Source of the DNA: Chlamydiales bacterium
GTDB taxonomy: Bacteria; Chlamydiota; Chlamydiia; Chlamydiales; CALTSX01
DNA length: 60,457 bases
Reading direction: 5' to 3'
Assembly (NCBI GenBank): GCA_051647685.1
Contig: JBOFEG010000010.1
Coordinates: forward strand, 1-60,457
Part shown: in pieces, positions 1 through 9,785 of the stretch
Numbering within the stretch: position 1 is the stretch's first letter
Layout of the letters: each line of letters opens with the position of its first letter
Made by a program: the position numbers and the translations under genes
Notes under the pieces: model-generated
Seen by the model: the letters and a program-made list of their open reading frames with translations, nothing else
What the model was told of the DNA's origin: nothing
The model's database searches: none

Positions 1-31
1 TAAATCAATCCAGCTTATGCAGTGGCTGTTT

Positions 32-268
32 TTAGTGATGTTTATGATGTCGATGATGACTACAACCGCACATAGATCTGCATCGACCTAGGAAAGTTAA
101 TCCCCAAAGGCCAGCAAGTCCGATAAGACAATATACCAATCGAGCAAGCATATTCATGCTTGAACCAAACAGAAAACCAACTAGGTCAAATTGGAAAAAA
201 CCCCAAAGCCCCCAATTGATAGCGCCCAACAATATAAGAATGAGAGCTACAAAGTTTAATAATCTCAT
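32..268 (-). CDS. DUF378-family small membrane protein with Cys/His-rich tail
   Basis: LILLGAINWGLWGFFQFDLV...ARLVYCLIGLAGLW matches the DUF378 pattern; AGGAGG RBS upstream; tail CRSMCGCSHHRHHKHH. Confidence 0.8.
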   Translation of the reverse strand: MRLLNFVALILILLGAINWGLWGFFQFDLVGFLFGSSMNMLARLVYCLIGLAGLWGLTFLGRCRSMCGCSHHRHHKHH

Positions 269-415
269 ATTACCTCCTAATAAGACATAAAATTTTCTCT
301 TATAATGTAATAATAAAAAATATTTTACGTTTTGTCATTATTTTTATTTAGAAATTCTCAATTAATTAATATTAAGCAATTTAATTATAAATAAATGAAG
401 TAGTTCCTAGTAAAC

Positions 416-445
416 TTGACAAAATCATAAAATTTACTCTAAAAT
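416..445 (+). promoter_or_regulatory. sigma70/sigma66-type promoter for gatCAB
   Basis: TTGACA (416-421), 18-nt spacer, TAAAAT (440-445), 21 nt before the gatC ATG. Confidence 0.45.
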
Positions 446-466
446 GACTTCTTTTTTTAAGTTACA

Positions 467-769
467 ATGAATCCAGACAATTTAATACTAGAATTATTTG
501 ATTTGAGCAAAATATCTTGTTTTGACTCGGAAAAGCAAGAATTGCTTTCTAGCTTTTTATCCATTATGGAATATATCCGTCACATAGAATCAGTTGATAC
601 AGAAGGGGTTCCCCCTTGTCATCGAGTTTCATTAGCAACGAATGTGCTTAGAACAGATGATGTGGATATATTGGATAACGAGCAATTATTTCGAGAAAAC
701 TTTTTAGAAAATAGTCCAGGCCATATAGGAGGCATGATTAAAGTTCCTACCATAATTCAATCTGAGTAA
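467..769 (+). CDS. gatC: Asp/Glu-tRNA amidotransferase subunit C
   Basis: 100 aa, VDTEGVPP...LRTDD...IKVPTI, directly upstream of gatA. Confidence 0.9.
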   Translation: MNPDNLILELFDLSKISCFDSEKQELLSSFLSIMEYIRHIESVDTEGVPPCHRVSLATNVLRTDDVDILDNEQLFRENFLENSPGHIGGMIKVPTIIQSE

Positions 770-775
770 ATCATA

Positions 776-2245
776 ATGTATCAAAAATCTGCAAATCAAC
801 TAAAAGATGCCTTTGTTTCCCAGGAATTAAGCGCCTCGGAGATCGCTCATTATTTTATCAAGCGTATCATATCTCTGGATAAAGAAATCCGAGCTTTTAT
901 CTCTATCTTCTCTGAACAGGCTTTAATTAGAGCAGCTTATCTTGATAAAAAAAGAGATTCCGGAACTAAATTAGGTAGACTTGCTGGTATTCCAGTGGTA
1001 GTCAAAGATAATATTCATATTTCAGGAGAAAAAACTACTTGTGCATCAAAAATGTTGCAAAATTACTACGCTCCATTTGACTCTACGGTTGTACGATTGT
1101 TGCTTGAAGAAGATGCTATCATTTTAGGAAAAACCAATTTAGATGAATTTGCTATGGGATCTTCCACAGAAAATTCTCATTTTTTTCCTACAAAAAATCC
1201 TTGGGATTTAGAGTGCGTTCCTGGAGGATCTTCTGGTGGCTCTGCAGCAGCAGTTGCTGCTAGGGTATGTTCAATGGCTTTAGGCAGCGATACAGGTGGT
1301 TCTGTACGTCAGCCAGCTTCTTTCAATGGTATAGTTGGTTTTAAACCTACTTATGGGAGAATATCGCGACATGGACTCGTTACCTTTGCATCTTCGTTAG
1401 ACCATATTGGTTTATGCACTTCAAATGTAGAAGACGTTGTTTTATTTATGGAAGTATTGGCAAAACCGTGTAGATATGATGCAACCAGTATACAGAGCCC
1501 AGCTCCTTCTTATCGTAAAGAAATTAAAGAATCTATAACTGATAAAAAAATCGGCGTGCCTTGGAGTTTTCTATGCCATATCTCTCCCGAAATAAAAGAT
1601 AATTTGAAAGAATCCCTATCAATCTTTCAAGATCTGGGGGTGGAGATTGTAAATATATCTTTAGACTCTTGGCAACACTCTATTGCGATATATTGTGTTA
1701 TTGCAATGGCAGAGGCTTCTACAAACCTCGCACGATTTGATGGGATTCGTTATGGATATAGAACTAGTAATGCTACGAATTTAGATGAATTATACAAACT
1801 TACTCGTGCTGAAGGTTTTGGACCAGAAGTAAAAAGACGAATTTTACTCGGAACTTATGTTTTATCTGAAGAGTATCAAAACGCTTATTATAAAAAGGCA
1901 CAAAAAATTCGAACTCTGATGGTGCAGGAATTTGATAGGGCTTTTCAAGCCTGTGACGTTATTGCACTCCCGACGACTCCATCCTCTGCATTTAAATTGG
2001 ATTCTATACGAAACACACTTGAGATGTATTTACAAGACATTCATACGGTGGCGGCTAATTTAGCGGGATTACCTGCAATTTCTATTCCATCTGGATTTGA
2101 CAAAAATGGTAGACCCCTAGGGCTTCAATTAATTGGGCCTCAGTGTATGGATGGAAAAGTCCTTTGTTTTGCTCATCAATTCCAAAAAAAGTCCAATTAC
2201 CATAAGTCTATCCCACCTCTTTGTGACCATGAGGTACAAGAATGA
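776..2245 (+). CDS. gatA: Asp/Glu-tRNA amidotransferase subunit A
   Basis: Amidase signature GGSSGGSAAAVAA, GSDTGGSVRQPA, GFGPEVKRRILLGTYVLS. Confidence 0.97.
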   Translation: MYQKSANQLKDAFVSQELSASEIAHYFIKRIISLDKEIRAFISIFSEQALIRAAYLDKKRDSGTKLGRLAGIPVVVKDNIHISGEKTTCASKMLQNYYAPFDSTVVRLLLEEDAIILGKTNLDEFAMGSSTENSHFFPTKNPWDLECVPGGSSGGSAAAVAARVCSMALGSDTGGSVRQPASFNGIVGFKPTYGRISRHGLVTFASSLDHIGLCTSNVEDVVLFMEVLAKPCRYDATSIQSPAPSYRKEIKESITDKKIGVPWSFLCHISPEIKDNLKESLSIFQDLGVEIVNISLDSWQHSIAIYCVIAMAEASTNLARFDGIRYGYRTSNATNLDELYKLTRAEGFGPEVKRRILLGTYVLSEEYQNAYYKKAQKIRTLMVQEFDRAFQACDVIALPTTPSSAFKLDSIRNTLEMYLQDIHTVAANLAGLPAISIPSGFDKNGRPLGLQLIGPQCMDGKVLCFAHQFQKKSNYHKSIPPLCDHEVQE

Positions 2246-3705
2246 TCCATATTTCTTATGAAGACTGGGAACCAGTAATTGGACTTGAAATACACGTACA
2301 ACTCAATACACGGACTAAACTATTCAGTAGTGCACCAAACCAGTTTGGAAGTGAGCCAAATACAAACATATCCTATGTTGATACAGGTCAACCAGGAGCA
2401 TTACCAGTTCTCAATAAAGAGGCTGTAAAAAAAGCGGTTTTATTTGGACTTGCTATTGGCTCTGACATATCTACGTTCAGTAAATTTGATCGGAAATCCT
2501 ATTTTTATCCGGACAGCCCACGCAATTATCAAATTACTCAGTTTGATTACCCCATACTTAAGGGGGGTATAGTCACTATACAAATAGGTGGAAAAAAACT
2601 AGAAGTAGCTATTGATCGAGCTCATTTAGAAGATGATGCAGGTATGTTAAAACATTTTAGCCATTTTGCGGGCATAGATTTTAATCGCGCTGGCGTTCCC
2701 CTGCTTGAAATTGTTTCTATGCCTTGTATGCACTCTCCACAAGAGGCTATATCCTTTGCGACAGAGATAAAGGCTATTATGGAATATATTGGTGCATCAG
2801 ACTGCAATATGGAAGAAGGTTCTCTGCGAGTTGACGTAAACATCTCTGTTAGAAAGAGAGGAGAATCTAGTTTACGCAATAAAGTGGAAATTAAGAATCT
2901 GAATTCTTTTAATACTATGGAGCAAGCAATAGAATCTGAAATCCGAAGACAAATCGCAGCTTATTCCCTCTCTCCCCACAAAAATCCTAAAGAAGTCATC
3001 AGATCTGCTACTGTGCGATTTGATATGGAAAAAAAGACTACTGTAATTATGCGTATGAAAGAACATGCTGCAGATTATAGATATTTTCCAGAACCGGACT
3101 TGCCACCAATCATTCTAACTGATGCCTATATTCAAGAACTAAAAAACAATTTACCCGAACTACCAGAAGAGCGTAGAAATAGATATATCAATGAATTTCA
3201 CCTATCTGAATACCAAGCTTCTACTTTAGTAATCAATAAAGAGCTTTGTGATTTTTTTGAACAAGGTTTAGAGTTTTTGCCCAATCCTGTTGCATTATGT
3301 AATTGGATAACCGTAGAATTCGTAGGTCGGGTTAAAGATAGCGGGAAAACACTCCCTCGTTATGGAATTTCTATTCAACATATAATACAGCTTGTTCAAT
3401 TAATTGATGCGAAGACTATCACAGGTAAAATTGCGAAAAATATTGCCGATGTTATGGTTCTTCATCCACATAAATCTCCAAAAGAAATTATACGGGAAAA
3501 TCCAGATTTTATACCTATTCACGATACTTCAATCCTCGAGAATATGATAGATCAAGTTATCAAAGATAATCCACAATCGTGTTTAGACTATCGCAATGGT
3601 AAAGAAAAAGCCTACCATTTTCTCGTTGGACAAATTATGAAAACCTCTAGGGGTAAAGCAGATCCGAGTCTTGTACAAGATATACTACTGAAAAAAATAC
3701 AATAA
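2242..3705 (+). CDS. gatB: Asp/Glu-tRNA amidotransferase subunit B
   Basis: IGLEIHVQL, FDRKSYFYPD, HLEDDAG, DFNRAGVPLLEIV, DYRYFPEPDL. Confidence 0.97.
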   Translation: MIHISYEDWEPVIGLEIHVQLNTRTKLFSSAPNQFGSEPNTNISYVDTGQPGALPVLNKEAVKKAVLFGLAIGSDISTFSKFDRKSYFYPDSPRNYQITQFDYPILKGGIVTIQIGGKKLEVAIDRAHLEDDAGMLKHFSHFAGIDFNRAGVPLLEIVSMPCMHSPQEAISFATEIKAIMEYIGASDCNMEEGSLRVDVNISVRKRGESSLRNKVEIKNLNSFNTMEQAIESEIRRQIAAYSLSPHKNPKEVIRSATVRFDMEKKTTVIMRMKEHAADYRYFPEPDLPPIILTDAYIQELKNNLPELPEERRNRYINEFHLSEYQASTLVINKELCDFFEQGLEFLPNPVALCNWITVEFVGRVKDSGKTLPRYGISIQHIIQLVQLIDAKTITGKIAKNIADVMVLHPHKSPKEIIRENPDFIPIHDTSILENMIDQVIKDNPQSCLDYRNGKEKAYHFLVGQIMKTSRGKADPSLVQDILLKKIQ

Positions 3706-3708
3706 AAA

Positions 3709-4596
3709 TTAGAATCTAGGATGATATTTAGAAAAATTCTTATGTAATTCATTTTGAGTTATATGTAGGTATTTTTCTGTCGTTGTAATTGTTTCATGAC
3801 CTAGAAGCTCTTGAATAACGCGTATATCAGCTCCATTCTCTAGTAAGTGTGTAGCAAAAGAATGTCTAAGGGTGTGTGGTGAAACTTTTTTGTTAAGACC
3901 TACCTTTTTACTGTAATATTGTATTCTTTTCCACATAGAGCTCCGATTGATCCGAATCCCCTTTTTAGAAACAAATAATGGCGAAGTAGTTTTTGGCTGC
4001 CCGATTGGATAAAAATTGATAAGATAACGATCTAAAGCGGATAGTGCTTGTTGATAAATGGGAATAATTCGTTCTTTTCTGCCTTTACCAACAACACGTA
4101 CTGAATCGTCTCCTATGTCGTAGAAGTTAAGATTGCATAATTCTGAAATTCGCATTCCGGTTGCGTAAAGTAGTTCTAATATAACTGCATCTCTTGATCC
4201 TCTAAAATTACTGCTATCGGGAGCCTGCAGTAATAGCTTTGTTTCTTGTTGCGTTAAACAATGTGGAAGTAATTGAGATTTAATTGGAGAATGAAGCATT
4301 TTCATTAGATTGTCTTCGAGTAAAGATTCCTTTTCTAAGTAAGAAAATAAACTTCTCAGAGTCATAAATATGCGAAGATGAGTATTATTGGATAATCCAC
4401 TGTTCTTTAATTTAGCGAGAAATCCTTGGATGTTGAAGCGCGTTAATTCGTGTAAATATACAATCTTATGTTCTTCTAGGTACTCAGTAAATTTCTGTAA
4501 ATCAGTTTGATAAGCGATTTTCGTGTTCTTAGATAGTCCTTTTTCTATGATAATATATTTAATAAACTCACATATGGAATGAGTCAGAGATATCAT
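3709..4596 (-). CDS. xerD: Tyrosine recombinase XerD
   Basis: LYATGMRISEL, GKGRKERIIP, SPHTLRHSFATHLLENGADIRVIQELLGH; N-terminal EKGLSKNT..AY..DL. Confidence 0.88.
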   Translation of the reverse strand: MISLTHSICEFIKYIIIEKGLSKNTKIAYQTDLQKFTEYLEEHKIVYLHELTRFNIQGFLAKLKNSGLSNNTHLRIFMTLRSLFSYLEKESLLEDNLMKMLHSPIKSQLLPHCLTQQETKLLLQAPDSSNFRGSRDAVILELLYATGMRISELCNLNFYDIGDDSVRVVGKGRKERIIPIYQQALSALDRYLINFYPIGQPKTTSPLFVSKKGIRINRSSMWKRIQYYSKKVGLNKKVSPHTLRHSFATHLLENGADIRVIQELLGHETITTTEKYLHITQNELHKNFSKYHPRF

Positions 4597-4637
4597 ATGT
4601 ATAAAGCCTTATAAGTATAAAGCGTTATACCAAATAT

Positions 4638-6188
4638 TTATAAAGAATTCGATAGAATTTTATGTGCAGATTCACTGGCTTGCTTGTCCAGCTGACGATT
4701 GGCTTCCCATAAAATATATGTATATAAAAGAATAGGTACTATTACAATCATGGAAGCTGAGGCCAATATAGGTGCGGCAGCACCCATTGCAACACCTATA
4801 CCTACAGTAGCGGCTAAAATCAATAGAGAAGAGCCGATATGCAATCCCATACCTAATTTTTCTTTTGCTGTAAGTATATGATCTTTTAATTTAGACAAAA
4901 GATTAGTGGTATCCGAAAAGGCTACGAGAGTTAATATCCCAATAAAAATCGCTGAAGCTGCTATAGCAACGCCTCCTGTCATAATAGTTGCAGTAGCGAG
5001 GCTTAATGTAGCTAAAATTGATAAGGAAATAACTACATATTGCTTTATTTTAAAAGATTTGCTTTCTTGCAATATAGTCTCAACTAATTCTTCCTTAGAA
5101 AGCGCATTAGATTGAATATGCTGCAATGCTTTAGGACCCATATATTTTTCAAATACAGCAATTTTGTTTTCATATATAGCAACTAATTCGTTAGCAAGAG
5201 CAATTTTAAAGGGACTCTCTAGCATTTCTAGTTTGTGAAGCGGATCGTTTTCTAATCCATTGAGTAACTTATGAGAATTTTTATCATACCATTGATCTAA
5301 GATAGATAGGTATTTTTCAGCTTCAGGTAACAAATTAGGATTGGTATCTTGTTCACACGATTCTAAAGCATGCTTATATGTATTTTCTATATCTTCCGAT
5401 GTTATTGAGACTTTATCTTTTAGATACTGAGCTATTTCATCTGATTTTTCTGAAATAGATGGATTATTTAGTATGCTTGTTACTGGGCTCATAATTTTAT
5501 TATGACGGTATAGGGTAAAAGCACTTCGAATATTTAAATAAACGACAGTCAATACACCCGATAAAGCTCCAATATATGATAAGGAATTTACAGCTGCGGT
5601 ATTCGATTCAATCAGATTAACAAAGGTTAAAGAAAGAGCTTCTGCACCTAAAATCCCTTGTAGGGTTCCATATAAACCCTGAAACAGAGCAAATCTTGTA
5701 GATACGTTGTCATGAGCCTTTGATGCTGCTTTATAATTTCGAACAGCGTCTGATACTAAAGCCAGGGAAGAAGCGGAACATCCGAATTTAGCACTGGATA
5801 ATAAAGCGTTCTCAAAGGAATGTATAAATTTTAAAGAAAAGGTAACTGGAAGACTAATAGCATCAGTTAGAGGATCTATAATTTCTGCATTTCCAAGTGG
5901 CTTAGGATTAGTAAGTAACAACTGATGAGCTAATTTATTAACTTTTCTTGCTAATGTAATAGCACTCAAATCATCTAAGTCACTCATATCTACTTTCTTA
6001 TTATATATTTGTAAAAGTAGCGTAGCTTTTTCAGAAGAAATAGAAGGAATTTGATCTTTAACTAATTGATTATCAAAGGCTTGATGCTTGTTTAAAATCT
6101 TTAATAAATCGCCCTTATTTTTTTCCGATAGTACATTTCTTGATCCTATATAAGAAATATTAAGTGGCTCAATATAAATATCTTGCAA
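4638..6188 (-). CDS. Hypothetical membrane protein with bilobed hydrophobic segments (Inc-like)
   Basis: 516 aa; long hydrophobic hairpins near aa 170-220, 385-425 and 445-495; start uncertain (TTG 6188 vs out-of-frame ATG 6207). Confidence 0.6.
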   Translation of the reverse strand: MQDIYIEPLNISYIGSRNVLSEKNKGDLLKILNKHQAFDNQLVKDQIPSISSEKATLLLQIYNKKVDMSDLDDLSAITLARKVNKLAHQLLLTNPKPLGNAEIIDPLTDAISLPVTFSLKFIHSFENALLSSAKFGCSASSLALVSDAVRNYKAASKAHDNVSTRFALFQGLYGTLQGILGAEALSLTFVNLIESNTAAVNSLSYIGALSGVLTVVYLNIRSAFTLYRHNKIMSPVTSILNNPSISEKSDEIAQYLKDKVSITSEDIENTYKHALESCEQDTNPNLLPEAEKYLSILDQWYDKNSHKLLNGLENDPLHKLEMLESPFKIALANELVAIYENKIAVFEKYMGPKALQHIQSNALSKEELVETILQESKSFKIKQYVVISLSILATLSLATATIMTGGVAIAASAIFIGILTLVAFSDTTNLLSKLKDHILTAKEKLGMGLHIGSSLLILAATVGIGVAMGAAAPILASASMIVIVPILLYTYILWEANRQLDKQASESAHKILSNSL

Positions 6189-6332
6189 ATTTTTTTATAG
6201 CTCTCATAATTATATTCTTCTCTTTTATGAACAATATTATAACACATTTTTGATTAAATTTAAAAAGGACTGATAAAAAGTAAATTTTATGTTATAATAC
6301 TTAGTATAAAAGAATGAAAACAGGGACTAAAT

Positions 6333-7190
6333 ATGACTATATCTAATATAAGCGCTCCAGGACTATTTACAGGATCATATCCTACTCCACCTCATGCCTT
6401 GCAGGTTGGACAGTTAAAATTTGGAGACCATATTTATACAGTAACTGTAGAGTCTTCAGACCCACTTATTTCATCCCCTCTTCACGATACAATAGAAAAG
6501 ATACAAGATTTGGTTCAGCTACACCTCAATCATCTTGAATCAAAAGGCGCTGACCTTAGCAAAATTGTGATTCAGCAGCTAGATGAGGAAGGGTTATCCT
6601 ATGTAAATTGGTTGGAAGATAACCAATTTAAACCGAAAACGTTGCCATCTTCTGAACTCAATTTTTCCGCTTCAACTTTTTCTCCATCATTACAGGATTC
6701 ATCTATCTCTAGTATATTAGATATTTATAGATCCATTATTGATCCCTTAATGGCTAGAAAAAATAGTGAGCAGGAAAAAGGGGCTATTCCAAGAAGCATA
6801 AAGAAATTCGGCAAACGTATTATCTTTACTCAGGATCCCCAACAGACTTTGGTAAAAACTCCAGAAAATCCTAATTCTCAAAACAATCGGAAAGTCGAAA
6901 ATAATCCAAGTCAACAGACTTCTAAAACTAATTCTGAAGTAGAAGATTCATCCAAAAATGATAAATCTGAGACTGAGACTGCTAGTGAACCTGAATCAAG
7001 TAGTTTGTTGAGTAGGTTATGGAACGGTTTGACAAGATTTACACCTAGTTTTTCATGGAATAAGACAGATGAATATGAAAAACTCATCAATGTTAAAGAG
7101 ACGGTGGATAACGATCAAACCTTGTACTTAGAGAGTAACACTCAAGCACAAAGAGATAGTGAAAAATTTGGAACTTCTAGCTTTGCGTAA
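6333..7190 (+). CDS. Hypothetical Ser/Asn-rich protein (possible secreted effector)
   Basis: 285 aa ORF with RBS; S/T/P-rich N-terminus; low-complexity acidic Ser-rich C-terminal half. Confidence 0.6.
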   Translation: MTISNISAPGLFTGSYPTPPHALQVGQLKFGDHIYTVTVESSDPLISSPLHDTIEKIQDLVQLHLNHLESKGADLSKIVIQQLDEEGLSYVNWLEDNQFKPKTLPSSELNFSASTFSPSLQDSSISSILDIYRSIIDPLMARKNSEQEKGAIPRSIKKFGKRIIFTQDPQQTLVKTPENPNSQNNRKVENNPSQQTSKTNSEVEDSSKNDKSETETASEPESSSLLSRLWNGLTRFTPSFSWNKTDEYEKLINVKETVDNDQTLYLESNTQAQRDSEKFGTSSFA

Positions 7191-7196
7191 GGCTTA

Positions 7197-7754
7197 TCAG
7201 TAGGTTTGAGAATTACCGCAACCACATGATCCTTTAGCATTGGGATTGCTGATTTGAAATCCAGATTGGAGACCCTCTACATAATCAATTTCACAACCCA
7301 TTAAAAAAGGTACTCTCGCTTTATTCACGTGAATATTTATACCGTAGGAATGGAACACTTCATCATTCTCCATGGGGCTTTCAGAAAAATCTAGTACATA
7401 CTCGTATCCACTGCATCCTCCTGGACGATCGCCAAAACGCAATGCCCAACCTTCTTTACCTTCTTCTTTCAAGATTTTCTGAATATACAGAGCTGCCTTT
7501 TCTGTAAGGGTGATAGTTTCGGCTAGAAGTGGTTGCTCGAGAATCGCATTCAAGCGCTCTATGAGGTTGTCGATATCGACATCAGAAAAACCATGGCTAT
7601 ACATCCCAGCCTCCAAAGTCTCCCAAGTCGCAGCGCTACATCCAACACATTGCAATCCCATGCGATTCATTTCTTGTGCAAGTTTTTGGCTCTTGCATGA
7701 GAATTTCTGAAAAATTTCTTCAATTGTCATAGTTCGAACAATTTGCTTTGTCAT
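7197..7754 (-). CDS. A-type Fe-S carrier (HesB/IscA) with N-terminal DUF1858-like CxxC domain
   Basis: GGCSGYEY and NPNAKGSCGCGNS motifs; N-terminal GLQCVGCSAATWETLE. Confidence 0.85.
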   Translation of the reverse strand: MTKQIVRTMTIEEIFQKFSCKSQKLAQEMNRMGLQCVGCSAATWETLEAGMYSHGFSDVDIDNLIERLNAILEQPLLAETITLTEKAALYIQKILKEEGKEGWALRFGDRPGGCSGYEYVLDFSESPMENDEVFHSYGINIHVNKARVPFLMGCEIDYVEGLQSGFQISNPNAKGSCGCGNSQTY

Positions 7755-7761
7755 ATTTCTC

Positions 7762-8022
7762 CTAAAACTTTATTTTTACGCAGCCCTTTTTGATCTTGCA
7801 TTGGCAAGCAAGCCTTTCTGTATCCTGTTCTCCTAAAAAATCGAGTTCTTCTTCCGTCATTGGAGTTAAGTTTTCATTTCCCTCAGTAACTTCAATAATG
7901 CAACTGCCACAAATACCCTCTTCACAGGCAAATGGAACTCCCATTTCTTCACAAACTTCTTTAATAGCGCTACCATTCTTGAGCTCTACTTCTTCTTGGT
8001 CGTTGAAAATGAGCTTAGCCAT
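7762..8022 (-). CDS. 2Fe-2S ferredoxin
   Basis: PFACEEGICGSC ... RLACQC. Confidence 0.9.
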   Translation of the reverse strand: MAKLIFNDQEEVELKNGSAIKEVCEEMGVPFACEEGICGSCIIEVTEGNENLTPMTEEELDFLGEQDTERLACQCKIKKGCVKIKF

Positions 8023-8110
8023 TATATTCCTTATACTGGAAAATCAATCAATTTTAAGTTTGCAAGATAAAAAAATCAACTTTTATTCATGTTATATATC
8101 AAAGAATTTT

Positions 8111-9091
8111 CTACGAAATTATTTCTTTTTTAAAGATCCAAGACAGTAATACACTGTCTAGCCAACGAATACCTGTAGTTTTATTCGGTCTTGATAAGAA
8201 ACCCATATGTCCACCACCTGTAGATTTGTATACCAAAATGTTAGAAGGCAAAAAAGTATTGTCTAGTTGATCGTGCTCAACGATTGGATCATCTAAGGCA
8301 AATAGTATCTTGCACGGTATTGTTATGTTTGGAATTACGGGTAGAGAACTGCTAGCCTGATAGAATTCCTGTACCGATGAAAATCCGTCAAAGGGTGCGA
8401 GATACATTTCATCAAATTCAAGAATCCCTATCTTTTTTGATATGTTTATACTAGGGAGATCTGGAAATTGTTCATGACGAAAATACACATCGTCTACTAA
8501 CAAATCAATGAGATATTTTTCATAAAATCTATTATCTGGCCTTCCCAGTAGATAAGCGCTCTTTTCTAAGTTAATAGGAGGGCTGATTGCAATTAACTCT
8601 TGTATGAATTCATTCGCCTTTTCACCCAGCTCGCCAACCAATTTTAAAGCTATGTTACCTCCTAATGAGAAACCAATTAATACGATATATGACTTAGGAT
8701 AAGTATCTTTTAAATGTTTCAATGCACGTAAAACATCATTACTAGAATCGCTTAAGTAAATTTTCTTAGCATAACCTCTTCCACTTCCACAACCTCTTAG
8801 ATTTAAGCGCACTACCTTTACTTGCATTTTTGACAGACGATTGGCCATACGTATCATATATGAGGATTTGTGAGATCCACATAGACCATGAATCATAAGT
8901 ACTATCATTCCATCTGCCTTCCAATCGGGAGGAGAAGTAATCTCCAAAGCGATTTGATCTTCATCTGGAAGTTTAATAAATTGAGTATAGGATGGTGGTT
9001 CTTTATAAAAATTTACAAATGAGCCAATCGTAGTTTGTAAAAATTGGTTTTTTAATAATGGAAACGGTCTAAAGTTTAGTATAAGCTCCAT
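8111..9091 (-). CDS. Alpha/beta hydrolase (YheT/ABHD-like)
   Basis: HGLCGS, NLRGCG, nucleophile elbow GFSLGG, ALDDPIV, GGHMGF. Confidence 0.85.
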   Translation of the reverse strand: MELILNFRPFPLLKNQFLQTTIGSFVNFYKEPPSYTQFIKLPDEDQIALEITSPPDWKADGMIVLMIHGLCGSHKSSYMIRMANRLSKMQVKVVRLNLRGCGSGRGYAKKIYLSDSSNDVLRALKHLKDTYPKSYIVLIGFSLGGNIALKLVGELGEKANEFIQELIAISPPINLEKSAYLLGRPDNRFYEKYLIDLLVDDVYFRHEQFPDLPSINISKKIGILEFDEMYLAPFDGFSSVQEFYQASSSLPVIPNITIPCKILFALDDPIVEHDQLDNTFLPSNILVYKSTGGGHMGFLSRPNKTTGIRWLDSVLLSWIFKKEIIS

Positions 9092-9293
9092 AATATAAAA
9101 GGGTTATTATTATTGTTGTTCTATATTAACAATATTATATTTTTTATTTAATTTTCATTAATAAATTCAACTTTATTTAATTAAACAAAAACTAATTTTT
9201 AAGCCGTTTATTCTAAATAAAGTTAAGTAATAAAATTATTAAATTAATAAAAATTATTTGAAATTAATCTGATTAGCAGCCTAATTTAAAGAA

Positions 9294-9785
9294 ATGAAGA
9301 TATTGTATCTCATTTTGCTCACTTTTTTAGTGCAGCCTCTATTGTTTTCATCGAATGAAACAATTGAAATTGAACCAGATATTATCTATATTTCTATTGG
9401 AAGGTTTGACGCTACTCGTAAACGACCAAAATGGCTTGGTCAAATGGAATATAGACCGGGTTATTTATGCAGTAAGGTCAGACCGTACATTTCTATGTTT
9501 TTAACTGAGAATCAATCGATTTTCGCATCTACGGGACTAGCGTTAGATGTTTTTCTTTTCAAAAGTCTTGTTTTTACACCAAGTTTTGGGCCTGGGATAT
9601 ATTTTCAAGGAAAAGGTAAAAATTTGTATCATCCATTTTCCCTGCGCTCCAGCGTAGATTTATCTGTTGCCTTCTCAAACTTTTCGCGAATAGGAGTTCA
9701 ATTATCACATATTTCTAATGCAGGCATCACAAAAAAAAATCCTGGGTCAGAAATTTTGACCATCTTTTATGCAATTCCTCTATGA
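9294..9785 (+). CDS. Acyloxyacyl hydrolase / lipid A 3-O-deacylase (PagL-like) outer-membrane barrel
   Basis: Signal peptide; FTPSFGPG; SHISNAG...NPGSE catalytic-type motif; C-terminal YAIPL. Confidence 0.7.
   Translation: MKILYLILLTFLVQPLLFSSNETIEIEPDIIYISIGRFDATRKRPKWLGQMEYRPGYLCSKVRPYISMFLTENQSIFASTGLALDVFLFKSLVFTPSFGPGIYFQGKGKNLYHPFSLRSSVDLSVAFSNFSRIGVQLSHISNAGITKKNPGSEILTIFYAIPL

Noticed and set aside
3709-4596. Tyrosine recombinase as a prophage/island integrase
   Set aside because: Sequence matches housekeeping XerD and sits next to gatB with no mobile context; no dif-like site recognised nearby
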